Virus record (IMG/VR): IMGVR_UViG_3300031946_000009
Location: 1 to 47,914 of that record
DNA length: 47,914 nucleotides
Direction: 5' to 3' (one strand)
Source: a virus
Lineage: Duplodnaviria; Caudoviricetes
In this document: positions 18,563 through 27,603 of the stretch, piece after piece
How positions within the stretch are numbered: the stretch's first letter is position 1
How the letters are laid out: each line of letters begins with the position of its first letter
Notes under the pieces: model-generated
What the model was told of the DNA's origin: nothing
The model's input: only the letters and a program-made list of their open reading frames with translations
Database searches by the model: none
Translations under genes and position numbers: made by a program

Positions 18563-20172
18563 TAGAACCTGCCGAGCGTAACCATATCCAACTTGTAGCC
18601 ATCTAGCTTCCAGCCATTCGCCCCGGAAATTTCAACACAGAGCGCAGCACCTTCCGCTGTAACATCTGCCCACTTCTGGGTATTAGGATCGAAGGTCACA
18701 TACGGGCTCCAGGTGATTGGCCCGTTAGGTCTTTCCTGACCCCCGAGCCTGATCTGCACCTGGCTCCCGCTCATCTTGGGCCAGATTCGGTGGACCATCT
18801 TTCGGACCTCGAAGTCCGTTATCCAATCTCCGGAACGTCGGTTGCGGCCCACCACACCTAAAGAAGTCCTCTGGATAAGACCCGTAAACGCCGTCCCGTC
18901 TCTGGTCTGGCCGATGTCCAGCTCCTCCAGCCGGGTCACTGTGGGTTTGCACAGCAGAATCTTGCGCCGATTTGCAAATGACCACGGGGTCGTCATCGAT
19001 GCCCATGTTCCAGGGACCGTAGACCATGTGCTCGTGTCGGACGTCTGAATCGTCCCAATAGCCGCCGCTTGCCAATCTACACCTCCCACTTCGGTAGCTG
19101 AAAAAGTATCATAATTAACAATTATTGCGCGGTCGGGGAAGGTTGACCCCACCTGCGGGTAGCAGAACCAACCTTCCCGCCGCACGGGATTTATGAAGAC
19201 GAAAGAATTGGTGTAGTTCCCCACGTCGATGTTATTGAATAAATATCGGCGGGTCCGTTTGTCCAAAATGGGTTTGGCGCTATTTCCGTCATGGACATAC
19301 AGGTTATCTTGGGCCACGAAGAAATGCTTCTGCCCATCTCCGGTAACCGCCACGCACCGACCTGTGAGCAAACCAATGTTCTCAAGGAACGGATCTTCGT
19401 CGAAGATATATTGACCACCGACATTGCGGAACCTCCACACGCTGTTTTCTTTGTAGACATAAAATTTGCCCTGGAGGCCCATTCCATCCATAATTTGACC
19501 GGAATCTACGTCAGATAAGCTGACCTGACCTGCATTATGGGTGGGGTCGGTGATGTCCCAGGTCGGAGGCACATTACCGGGGTCCGCCGGGTGGCTCCAA
19601 CGAACATCATAAGGTTTCAGGACATTAGAGCCGGAGCTGGAGTCCTGCAAACTGAGCGCGATCATCACGGGTCCGAAAGCCCGGATAACATCGCACCGCA
19701 AAGTAGAAGGCCAATTAGGCAAATTGGCCATATGGGTGGTTCCGGTGAACCCACCGAGGGTATTGAAGGGCCAATATTGGGGGACATCAATACTGTTGTT
19801 CAGTACCGGAATCCCGCCAATATTGGTCCCTTGCCATTGCGCCGCCGCTAACGTAGAGGACGCGTTATAGACGGAGCCATCCGTCGTTCTGGTAACATCA
19901 AAATGGGTCGTGCCATCGTAGGCCGCGATCTTACTCACACCGGCATAGAGCCACCACGGATTGGTGGGAGTGCTGACGAATTGCGCGAAATAAGGAGCAA
20001 ATAGCGGAGTGCCGAATATCTGGGAATAACCCAGCAATTGCACCACACTATCGTCTTCGAACCTTACGTTTTCCGCCAGCGTCCACGCCTCGGGAGGCAG
20101 CTCGTGAGGGGGACTGTCCCTTACGACCCCGATGCTCGCCACGTCGTTTATGTCGATCTGGCTTTCTGGCAC
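18562..20172 (-). CDS. Podovirus tail nozzle / DNA stabilization protein (P22 gp10- or T7 gp12-like)
   Basis: 536-aa beta-rich protein with LPPEAWTLAENVRF, VRWSHPADP and WFCYP motifs; tail module position. Confidence 0.75.
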   Translation of the reverse strand: MPESQIDINDVASIGVVRDSPPHELPPEAWTLAENVRFEDDSVVQLLGYSQIFGTPLFAPYFAQFVSTPTNPWWLYAGVSKIAAYDGTTHFDVTRTTDGSVYNASSTLAAAQWQGTNIGGIPVLNNSIDVPQYWPFNTLGGFTGTTHMANLPNWPSTLRCDVIRAFGPVMIALSLQDSSSGSNVLKPYDVRWSHPADPGNVPPTWDITDPTHNAGQVSLSDVDSGQIMDGMGLQGKFYVYKENSVWRFRNVGGQYIFDEDPFLENIGLLTGRCVAVTGDGQKHFFVAQDNLYVHDGNSAKPILDKRTRRYLFNNIDVGNYTNSFVFINPVRREGWFCYPQVGSTFPDRAIIVNYDTFSATEVGGVDWQAAAIGTIQTSDTSTWSTVPGTWASMTTPWSFANRRKILLCKPTVTRLEELDIGQTRDGTAFTGLIQRTSLGVVGRNRRSGDWITDFEVRKMVHRIWPKMSGSQVQIRLGGQERPNGPITWSPYVTFDPNTQKWADVTAEGAALCVEISGANGWKLDGYKLDMVTLGRF

Positions 20173-20183
20173 GCTTCTTGTCC

Positions 20184-20456
20184 TTAGGTTTTGCTTTTGC
20201 TCTTGCTCGGATCTTCCGGCACCTTACTTTCCCTGGAAATCTGGGCTTCCAGATCCCCGGCGAGAGCCTTCAGCGACTCCGCGAGCTTCTTGGCGTGCGC
20301 ATAATCTTCTTGCGTCACCTCTTTCGGCGGAATCGTGGGCGCCCCCGGCTCGGTTGGATACTGTGCCGGAATCGCAGTAAGTTGGACCTTGAGACCAGAA
20401 AGGCCAATGCACACCCCGCTGATCTGATCGATAAGGTCGTCAGTCTGTTTGCTCAT
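20184..20456 (-). CDS. Hypothetical protein downstream of the endolysin
   Basis: 90 aa; RBS AGGAG; ATGA coupling. Confidence 0.6.
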   Translation of the reverse strand: MSKQTDDLIDQISGVCIGLSGLKVQLTAIPAQYPTEPGAPTIPPKEVTQEDYAHAKKLAESLKALAGDLEAQISRESKVPEDPSKSKSKT

Positions 20457-21388
20457 TTCATTCTCCTAGCTGGATAGATAACTTCAACCTCGTCATCCGT
20501 ATCGAGGCCTAGTTCATCCAGCGCTGCTGGGCTGAGGTCGGCTGCTCGACCCGTATCCTGGTGAGGCCCCCAATCTGAGGGCCACGCGAGGATCTCTTTG
20601 CCGGTGGCGGGATTCCGGATCAATGCTTGAAGGGAGTGGTCCGCGAGCTGCTCTTTCGGCGTGACATCATAATCCCAACGACACGCGACATAATATACGT
20701 CTGGATTGAGTCTCCGAGCCAGCCCTGTGGTGTTGGGGGGTTGACCTTCCAAGAATAGATGCGGAGCATCTTCCGCGTCATAAATAAACGCCAGCCCTTC
20801 GTCCGGATCGACGCCCATGTCATTCGGACCCCCGAACCAGGAACACGGTCCCTTGAAGGTGACTATTTCCTCATTGGTATAGGTTGGCATTTTGCCGAGG
20901 GACCGACAGATCCACTCGAAGTTCTCCAGATAATTGGTCACATCAGGGTCGGAATCCACGAAACACATTTCGATCAGAATTGCCGGCCTATCACAGCCGT
21001 TCAGGAATGCTAGGTCGGTGCGTTTCTTCGCACCGCGGTCAATCAGATTCCCAGCCTTAGCAATGGTGTGGGACACCCGACCTGCCAGCTCCACCTGAGT
21101 CAGGTAAAGGGTCTCGGTTCCCACCGGATCAAGCGTCTCCACATAGCAATTGAAATGCACGCTGACATCCAGGTCCCGATCCTGCGAGTTATGGAAGCCC
21201 ACAATAGCATCCAGGTTTTCACTCTGGGTCACCGAGTCATTATCATGGAAGGTAACGACCTGATTCCCATAGTAGCGGAGCCATTTCGCGGTTTCGTCCA
21301 CGACCTTGCGGGCCTCATCGACCTCATCAATCAGACCGCTGGCCCCCCGAACATGGAGCCCATGACCTGAGCTAATTACGATCTTCAT
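20453..21388 (-). CDS. Endolysin: N-acetylmuramoyl-L-alanine amidase (Amidase_3) + C-terminal RlpA/DPBB-like domain
   Basis: Zn-ligand motifs SSGHG, E, SVHFN and LIEMCF; C-terminal SWFGGP...DWGP...GRAADLSP; start at MKIVISSGHG via ATGA overlap. Confidence 0.88.
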   Translation of the reverse strand: MKIVISSGHGLHVRGASGLIDEVDEARKVVDETAKWLRYYGNQVVTFHDNDSVTQSENLDAIVGFHNSQDRDLDVSVHFNCYVETLDPVGTETLYLTQVELAGRVSHTIAKAGNLIDRGAKKRTDLAFLNGCDRPAILIEMCFVDSDPDVTNYLENFEWICRSLGKMPTYTNEEIVTFKGPCSWFGGPNDMGVDPDEGLAFIYDAEDAPHLFLEGQPPNTTGLARRLNPDVYYVACRWDYDVTPKEQLADHSLQALIRNPATGKEILAWPSDWGPHQDTGRAADLSPAALDELGLDTDDEVEVIYPARRMK

Positions 21389-21609
21389 TTTGCGGCCTCT
21401 AGCATGGCGTGTATATCTTTGCAGCTCTCCGTGGCGGATATGAACCTGCCATTCGTCATGAAGATCACACAATTGACATCTTTGTGATAATGACCTTCCG
21501 CATCTCTTGGCTCCCGCAAGCTACTCACCTCGTTCGTATTTAGCTCGATTTCATCTCCATTGGGAGCATGAACGATTATGAGATGAAGAGCTAATAAAAA
21601 CCATTTCAT
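21385..21609 (-). CDS. Small hypothetical protein with a hydrophobic N-terminus
   Basis: 74 aa (MKWFLLALHLIIV...), translationally coupled on both sides. Confidence 0.65.
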   Translation of the reverse strand: MKWFLLALHLIIVHAPNGDEIELNTNEVSSLREPRDAEGHYHKDVNCVIFMTNGRFISATESCKDIHAMLEAAK

Positions 21610-22637
21610 TCAACAACCATAATCTTAGCCATCATTATGCTCGGTTGCAAATGGCTAACTATGGACCCAGAACCAACCGAGGTGGTCGTGCTGTTATTCG
21701 TGCCGGGGGCGGACCCAATATAGCATCCGGTTCCAGACGATTGGATGGTGGTGTAGTAGCTCTGACACCCTTGACCGCCGGATTGCAGGTACTGGAAGCA
21801 CTGACTTTGGTCGGTATAAACTCCGGCCATCGCGGTACCATTATTGATAAAATTATGGGTATGGCCAGGATCTCCAAAATACACATTGTGGGCGTGGGCG
21901 GGAATATTTGCAGTCACCAAGCCGGCACCGTCCACACCTCCGACAGCTCCAAGTGTGCTACCGCTGATAAAACCGTTCGGCAGGCGGCCCGCCGCGGCGC
22001 CACCGAGATTATCTAAACAAATCGAAGTATAACCACGAAGATCAGGAGTCGCGCCGCTGCCATAGACGGCATTATACTCCGGGTAATTTGTGGCAACCGT
22101 GGCCAGCGTCTGGCCATTAGGCCACTCGTAGCCTGTGGGAATAGAGGTGCCCCAAAACTCCACAATCGCCCCAATGGGCAGACCTGTGACCCTCGTTATG
22201 TACCACGAGGCACCCGTCCAAATTATCTTGCTGATGATACCTGGAATGCACCGCCGCGCCTGAGTTACCGTGTATTGGCCGCTTACTATGTTACCTGCAA
22301 CGGGCTTGATAAGTACCGGATTGACATCGGTGGACGTTTTCAGAAGGTAACATGTCCATCCCGCGTCACCCGCGGCCAGACCTGGGAGGGTCAAAGTGAC
22401 CGCGCCGGAGGCGGTAGATACCAGAATTGTACCCCCATCCAACGTCTGTGCAACTGAACCCGTGGCGCTGATTACCGAAGTAGTCGGTATCGCGCCCTGC
22501 CTACTGGCATTCTTGAACTGGTTCTGTAAGACCTGTTTAATCAACCGAAGGTGGTCATCACCCTGATTGGTGGGGTCTGTACTTGGAGGATTGACCGGCT
22601 GAAGGTCATTGACATAGGTCGCAACTTCTAAGCTCAT
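21606..22637 (-). CDS. Tail fibre protein with a tail-collar domain
   Basis: N-terminal GDDHLRLIKQVL; collar motifs PIGAIVEF...PTGYEWPNGQTL and PDLRG; IPAHAH; HLQPSI C-terminus. Confidence 0.82.
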   Translation of the reverse strand: MSLEVATYVNDLQPVNPPSTDPTNQGDDHLRLIKQVLQNQFKNASRQGAIPTTSVISATGSVAQTLDGGTILVSTASGAVTLTLPGLAAGDAGWTCYLLKTSTDVNPVLIKPVAGNIVSGQYTVTQARRCIPGIISKIIWTGASWYITRVTGLPIGAIVEFWGTSIPTGYEWPNGQTLATVATNYPEYNAVYGSGATPDLRGYTSICLDNLGGAAAGRLPNGFISGSTLGAVGGVDGAGLVTANIPAHAHNVYFGDPGHTHNFINNGTAMAGVYTDQSQCFQYLQSGGQGCQSYYTTIQSSGTGCYIGSAPGTNNSTTTSVGSGSIVSHLQPSIMMAKIMVVE

Positions 22638-23386
22638 AGCCGTGACCCCATAGAACGGCGTTTTCCGGCCTCATTACGATTAATGGTGGCTCGGAACAAA
22701 TTATCACTCGCAGATTGGGTCAGCGCCAGCGCGGTCGCTTTGCCAGCTTCATTCCCCAGATCTGAACAAATCTTGGCCGCTGCGTCACCTATTAGGACCC
22801 AGGGAGCGTTTTTCAACCATTTGTTTTCCTGCCCCAGCGCCTGCGCTGTGTCTTGTGCCCAATACCTCCAACTGATGTAATATACACCATCTGGAACCGG
22901 ATACAGATCCACGAAGGTATCGCCAAGGTAGTAATCTCGAGGAGCGCCAGGACCCACTTGACTCCCGGTATCGTACAAGGCTCCCGCAGGATTGTAATAA
23001 ACATACGGCCATTCACCATAATAGCGCTCTTGTGCCAATCTGAACGCCTGTTTTTTCAGAAAAATTGTGCGGGATACCGGATTGCCGGGAAGTTGCGGGG
23101 GCGTGCCTCCGGCACCGGGACCCGGAGACGATAACAGGTAGATGTACAAATTCCCCTCCAACTCCTCGGTATCTTCGATGTAATCGGAGGGGATATTGTA
23201 CGTCGCTTGATTCATAACGGTGACGATAGCTTGGTCGTTAACCTTGCGGAGAAACCAGGGGTAGGTGCGGTTGGGTTTCTCCCGCTCGGTTTGAGCGTAT
23301 TGCAAGGCGTTCTGGATTTGGGTGGCCTTATCCGACCGCCAACCACAGATTTGCTGGACTTCCGCTATCGCCGTATCGAGGATCAT
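22634..23386 (-). CDS. Head-tail adaptor (tail tubular protein A-like)
   Basis: WFLRK, Y.IPSDY, G.PRDYY, LYPVPD and NKWLKNAP motifs; located between capsid and tail genes. Confidence 0.7.
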   Translation of the reverse strand: MILDTAIAEVQQICGWRSDKATQIQNALQYAQTEREKPNRTYPWFLRKVNDQAIVTVMNQATYNIPSDYIEDTEELEGNLYIYLLSSPGPGAGGTPPQLPGNPVSRTIFLKKQAFRLAQERYYGEWPYVYYNPAGALYDTGSQVGPGAPRDYYLGDTFVDLYPVPDGVYYISWRYWAQDTAQALGQENKWLKNAPWVLIGDAAAKICSDLGNEAGKATALALTQSASDNLFRATINRNEAGKRRSMGSRL

Positions 23387-23550
23387 TTCTTTTTCCTCCG
23401 GCCCACAACCGCGTTGGCCTCACGAATCGCACGTCCTTCGTTTCCGGTCTTTTTCAGGACCGAGTTGGCGACATCGGACCACTGGCGGGACGCTTTGCCC
23501 GATTTCGCCTTCTTGTTGTGCCGTCCCGCATCTTTCGGAGACCACGGCAT
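23383..23550 (-). CDS. Small basic protein, 55 aa (not in the ORF track; ChaB/YdaT-like pattern)
   Basis: Hand translation MPWSPKDAGRHNKKAKSGKASRQWSDVANSVLKKTGNEGRAIREANAVVGRRKKK; TGATG and ATGA coupling to its neighbours. Confidence 0.7.
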   Translation of the reverse strand: MPWSPKDAGRHNKKAKSGKASRQWSDVANSVLKKTGNEGRAIREANAVVGRRKKK

Positions 23551-23795
23551 CAGGGGGCTCCTTTCCGACGCTTGGGTGGAGGCGGACCCGCGCCGCCCAT
23601 CATACCTGGCGGCGGCCCCGGCGGCATCGCAGGGGAGGTATCACCAGCGGGGCCTCCCGCGCCGAGCGCCGCGAGCAGACCCGGAGGCGGACCACCTTGG
23701 TCCAGACCGGGACCAGGAGGCATGGGAGCCCCTTTCGGGGCCGGTGATTTTTTGGAGCTTGAGCCCCCTTTGTGTTTCGCACCTGGCTTCTTCAT
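23550..23795 (-). CDS. Low-complexity Lys/Pro/Gly-rich hypothetical protein
   Basis: 81 aa; coupled start and stop with flanking genes. Confidence 0.55.
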   Translation of the reverse strand: MKKPGAKHKGGSSSKKSPAPKGAPMPPGPGLDQGGPPPGLLAALGAGGPAGDTSPAMPPGPPPGMMGGAGPPPPKRRKGAP

Positions 23796-23992
23796 CGCCG
23801 TCTGTTCCTCCCTGCTTCTGGGCCTGTCGCACCAGTGCGAACGCCCGGTTTAAACATCTTATCGCCAGCCTTACGGCTCCCGTAAGTGGTACCTCCAGCC
23901 TTCCCCGTGCCAGAGTTGTCCGGGTGCGCACGCGCGCGCGCCCGAGCTTGCTCCGGGGTGTAGGGAGGCTGGCTATAGTTCTTCACAGCCAT
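23792..23992 (-). CDS. Small basic hypothetical protein
   Basis: RBS AGGAGG before ATG 23992. Confidence 0.6.
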   Translation of the reverse strand: MAVKNYSQPPYTPEQARARARAHPDNSGTGKAGGTTYGSRKAGDKMFKPGVRTGATGPEAGRNRRR

Positions 23993-24007
23993 AATTACCT
24001 CCTGTGT

Positions 24008-24044
24008 AAATGGGGACATCACCAGTGCGATAATGTCCCCATTT
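24008..24044. promoter_or_regulatory. Dispersed palindrome, copy 2
   Basis: AAAT-GGGGACATCACC-agtgc-GATAATGTCCCC-ATTT, intergenic. Confidence 0.7.
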
Positions 24045-24046
24045 GG

Positions 24047-24280
24047 TTATCTATGAGGGGTCGGTTTCGGCCCCTCCGGGAGACTGGAATCCGGGGGTTG
24101 GGTTGGCGGGGGCGCCGGAAGGGTGTTGTCCACCACCGGGGGCGGCATGTCCGGAGGCACTGGAACTTGCCCCGGAGGCGACGGATGAATGGTGAGATTC
24201 CCCACCGCGTGGATGGTCATTGTCTTGTCTGCCGAGACCCCGACCAGCGTGATCCCGTGTACTTGCTTTCCCGTGGCCAT
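24047..24280 (-). CDS. Hypothetical protein with a Pro-rich C-terminus
   Basis: 77 aa; RBS AGGAGG. Confidence 0.65.
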   Translation of the reverse strand: MATGKQVHGITLVGVSADKTMTIHAVGNLTIHPSPPGQVPVPPDMPPPVVDNTLPAPPPTQPPDSSLPEGPKPTPHR

Positions 24281-24290
24281 AAAGTTCCTC

Positions 24291-24659
24291 CTATGCTGAC
24301 AGGAATACTACCCAATCCGGAGTTGCTGCTGTCGGGTTCCAGACAATCTCCGCTCTCTTACCAGCACCGACGGACCCGACTGTAGGATTGCCGCTGCTAG
24401 ATCCCTTGATGGTAATGGTGCCCGCACCTGTGCCCAGATTGATAAGCTCGTGACACCACATAATACCAACTGCTGGAGTTGGAACATACATAGTGACATT
24501 GAGGGGCGTGGTACCATTACTGACCGCAATAGCATACGGCGGCGAGGTCGCTGGAAAGTTAAAGCTCGTCGTCGTATTCATGAAGCCGAAGGACAGGCCA
24601 AATGGCCCGTCCCAGACGCACCTGCGAAACCGCGACAGGTCAAACATTTGGCCTTGCAT
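24291..24659 (-). CDS. Putative capsid decoration protein (paralog 2)
   Basis: Shares WDGPFG, NVTMY, MWCHE, GKRAE.VWNP and DWV.FLSA with 24669..25019; downstream of the major capsid gene. Confidence 0.65.
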   Translation of the reverse strand: MQGQMFDLSRFRRCVWDGPFGLSFGFMNTTTSFNFPATSPPYAIAVSNGTTPLNVTMYVPTPAVGIMWCHELINLGTGAGTITIKGSSSGNPTVGSVGAGKRAEIVWNPTAATPDWVVFLSA

Positions 24660-24668
24660 GATGGCCTC

Positions 24669-25019
24669 CTATGCGCTCAGGAAGCAGACCCAGTCTTGTG
24701 GACTGGCCATCGGATTCCAGACCACCTCGGCCCGTTTGCCGGAGGCGATGGTCCCGACCGTTGTGCCCTGCGTCCCTTTGACGGTCAGAGTCCCTGCGCC
24801 CTGTGACCAGATTTCATGGCACCACATGACGTTGGTGACCTGTGGAGTATACATGGTCACGTTCTGGGCCGACGCAGCCGAGAGCGCAATCATATAGGGC
24901 GCGTTGACCGGGGGCACGGTGAATGCTCCCGTGATAGTTGATTGCTGGTAGGACATCCCAAAGGGGCCATCCCACGAGCTTTTCCTCAACCGTGAGGAGT
25001 CAATGATTTCACTCTGCAT
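24669..25019 (-). CDS. Putative capsid decoration protein (paralog 1)
   Basis: Immediately downstream of the major capsid gene; RBS GGAGG; clear paralog of the next gene. Confidence 0.65.
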   Translation of the reverse strand: MQSEIIDSSRLRKSSWDGPFGMSYQQSTITGAFTVPPVNAPYMIALSAASAQNVTMYTPQVTNVMWCHEIWSQGAGTLTVKGTQGTTVGTIASGKRAEVVWNPMASPQDWVCFLSA

Positions 25020-25029
25020 CTTCGCCTCC

Positions 25030-26280
25030 TTAGGTGGCTGTGATGCCGCCGATGTAGGCGCAGGACAACCCGCCTCCGTCTACCATCAGACTGCAATCGG
25101 TCTGCACATACCCCCGGCGCACGTCTTCATCTGGGAGCTGGACATCATCCTTGATCTTGGCATCCGGCCGCCCCTTCATGGTCGTATACTTGATGACCGA
25201 GAAATCGAGGACATACAGAGCGGATTTGTACAGCGGATGCTGGCTGAGCAAGGGATGGGATTTCAGGAGCAGCCTTCCCATCGGGAGGATGAACTCCTGG
25301 AAGTCGACACCGAACAGCTTCACCGGGTTTCCCAGCTCGATCTTGATACCCGTCGCTGCCTGTATCACCTTGCCCAGCTCGATACGGGCCGTGTTTCCAC
25401 AGAACCCGATTCGAGTATCCCCGCCTCCAAGATCGAAATTGAATGCGGGGGCCAGTTTGTCGGCGAATTTCTGCGCCGTCGTTGGATCAGAGCCCGTGGT
25501 GAAAACATACTGATTGGTGGCAGGGATAAAGGTGCGAAGTCCACCCATATACCTCAAAGGCTTGCCGTTGTCGCCGGTCAGCTCGACGCCTGCTGGGTTG
25601 AACAAGAACGACATCTCGATCGCTTTGGCGTGGTCGAACATCTTGCGCTTCTTGTCGTTCGACCAAGCATTGCCGGTACGGGCGAAGGTCTCCGCCGCCG
25701 TGCCGGTTAGCTCATAGGTATCCTTGAAGATCTGGATATAATTCTTGAACTTGATCGGGTTCCGGGTGACCGCCCTCGGCGCCGACGTGCCTTCGGAGAA
25801 CGAGCTGCCGATCAAGGTCAGCCAGGAGTTGTTCGGGATGCTGGCTGGAGTAGTGTTGCCCGCACCACGTCGAATAGTGAACTGGGTGTCACTGATGACC
25901 TGGTCAACCTGAACAAATTCCTGCGTGTAGGTGGTAGCATCAACCGTGGGCTCCACCATCAGCACATCGCCTTGTTTCAGGTTCGTGGCCGCGCCATAGA
26001 GCGCGGACATGGTTGTCGCGGTCGGATCAACACCGACCACAGTGACCAAGGTATCGGTCGCGATCATGGACCCGGAGGTGTTCATCCGGACCAGGTTTTG
26101 GGATTCTGCCCACCATGCAAATTCAGGGTCGTTGACCGAGTATTTGCCGGCCTTGGATGTCAGGGCAAAGATGGGAGCATTTCCGTTGGGTGAGATAAAG
26201 AGGATGCGTTCACGGAAGTTCTTGGGGCGCTCATCGGTTCCCCAATCGCCTGTTCCGCGCAGGCCAGCGATGCCAGACAT
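25030..26280 (-). CDS. Major capsid protein (SU10/DUF5309-like)
   Basis: 416 aa after the scaffold; NYIQIFKD, AIEMSFLF and RYMGGLRTFI motifs. Confidence 0.85.
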   Translation of the reverse strand: MSGIAGLRGTGDWGTDERPKNFRERILFISPNGNAPIFALTSKAGKYSVNDPEFAWWAESQNLVRMNTSGSMIATDTLVTVVGVDPTATTMSALYGAATNLKQGDVLMVEPTVDATTYTQEFVQVDQVISDTQFTIRRGAGNTTPASIPNNSWLTLIGSSFSEGTSAPRAVTRNPIKFKNYIQIFKDTYELTGTAAETFARTGNAWSNDKKRKMFDHAKAIEMSFLFNPAGVELTGDNGKPLRYMGGLRTFIPATNQYVFTTGSDPTTAQKFADKLAPAFNFDLGGGDTRIGFCGNTARIELGKVIQAATGIKIELGNPVKLFGVDFQEFILPMGRLLLKSHPLLSQHPLYKSALYVLDFSVIKYTTMKGRPDAKIKDDVQLPDEDVRRGYVQTDCSLMVDGGGLSCAYIGGITAT

Positions 26281-26290
26281 GGTCTAGCTC

Positions 26291-27247
26291 CTATTGATCT
26301 AAATCGTCCTCCATGCCTGCATAGGGGTCGTGAGGACCTCTAGCGGCGGTTGGTGCCCTCCCACCCTGACGAGCTGGTGCGAACGGCGGGGGCTTCCGCC
26401 CCGCAGGAGCCCCACTACCATTGGTCTGGGGCCAAATACCGAATTCCGCTGAAACAGCTTTCCCGACGAAAGCAATCGCGTCAGCCCGAGAAGCATTCGG
26501 GTTCATCGCCCGGAAGCTCCGCGCCCACCGATCAACCGCGGCGCCATGTTGGTCCGCGCTCAAGTGTGGGTTGGCTTGGTAGAATTCATTCAACGCCTCA
26601 GACGCCCGCTGCGTGCGGGCCTGCTGTGTTGAAATCCCGCTGTTAACCATCTCTGGAACCAGATTCTTAATCAGGTTAACCGCCGATTCCATCGCTCGGG
26701 TGTAGACCCTTCCCATGAGTTTGGGAATGATGTCTCCAGCATTGTTATCAAGCGTAGCTACATCCTCTTCGGAAAGCTTGAACAGATTGCCAGCGGCCCA
26801 GTCGGCGAGTGCCGTTTGGTTCGCTGCTGTTCGCAAACCTTCCATAGTTGTCTCCAGCTGAGACCGCGGAGGTTGCGGCACGTTCTCAGTGGGGGCAGCC
26901 GCAGGCGCGGTCGGTGGAGCCGGGGGAGCCTGCGGCGCAGCGGGAGGAGCTGCGGTAGCAGGCGCCTTGGGTTCACCTTCCGGCGCTGCGGGAGCCGGAG
27001 TCGGCGGTACCACACCGGGCTCGTCGCCCGTTGGAGTTTCCGCCGGTCCAAGTTCTACAGAATCGTAATCGTTGGATTCGAAGCCATCGAACGCATCGTG
27101 GCTATCGTCGGTGCTGGGGACCTCTGTAGGTGCACCACTAACACCACCTGTCTCTGCGGGGGCGGCTTCGGCGGGGGCTGCGGGAGCGGCCGCACCGCCA
27201 GATCCTTCATCTGCCAGAAGGAACCAAGGCTGGTCCGGATATCTCAT
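26291..27247 (-). CDS. Putative capsid scaffolding protein
   Basis: Acidic Pro/Ala-rich N-terminus with a helical C-half; lies between portal and capsid genes. Confidence 0.7.
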   Translation of the reverse strand: MRYPDQPWFLLADEGSGGAAAPAAPAEAAPAETGGVSGAPTEVPSTDDSHDAFDGFESNDYDSVELGPAETPTGDEPGVVPPTPAPAAPEGEPKAPATAAPPAAPQAPPAPPTAPAAAPTENVPQPPRSQLETTMEGLRTAANQTALADWAAGNLFKLSEEDVATLDNNAGDIIPKLMGRVYTRAMESAVNLIKNLVPEMVNSGISTQQARTQRASEALNEFYQANPHLSADQHGAAVDRWARSFRAMNPNASRADAIAFVGKAVSAEFGIWPQTNGSGAPAGRKPPPFAPARQGGRAPTAARGPHDPYAGMEDDLDQ

Positions 27248-27603
27248 TCTTCGTCATCCTCTTCAGAAGTCAGGAGACCAAGCTTCCTGCGCAAAACCTT
27301 ATCATTGGCCAGAATAGACTCAGGTATGCCAAGAGCGAGTCGCAATCCCATGATGGCCCCTTTTGCGCTCTCAGCCCTCAGAACCTGAGCTATGCCATCC
27401 AAATCTTTCTCAGCTGGGACCTCAAATTCATTCCTCTTACCTTGGAGGTGCATCTCCAAGATCCTCTGATAGACCTTCCAGCCCTCAGTATTGAGCAGAT
27501 TGCGGATCGCGGTCCCGGTCCGCAGCTCTGCCCTTTCATCCTTTGTTAACTCACGGGCCGGGCCGCCCGCCCGCTCCGGCTTCTCTTGTTGCTCCAGACT
27601 CAC
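27244..27603 (-). CDS. Small helical protein downstream of the portal
   Basis: 119 aa with an LLNTEGWKVY motif; typical podovirus position. Confidence 0.65.
   Translation of the reverse strand: MSLEQQEKPERAGGPARELTKDERAELRTGTAIRNLLNTEGWKVYQRILEMHLQGKRNEFEVPAEKDLDGIAQVLRAESAKGAIMGLRLALGIPESILANDKVLRRKLGLLTSEEDDEE

Noticed and set aside
23207-24385. Long opposite-strand or alternative-frame ORFs (e.g. 23207..24385+, 29780..30916+, 30256..31275-, 37027..38052+, 15370..16368+)
   Set aside because: They are shadows of well-supported genes in GC-rich DNA, with no RBS or recognisable motifs.
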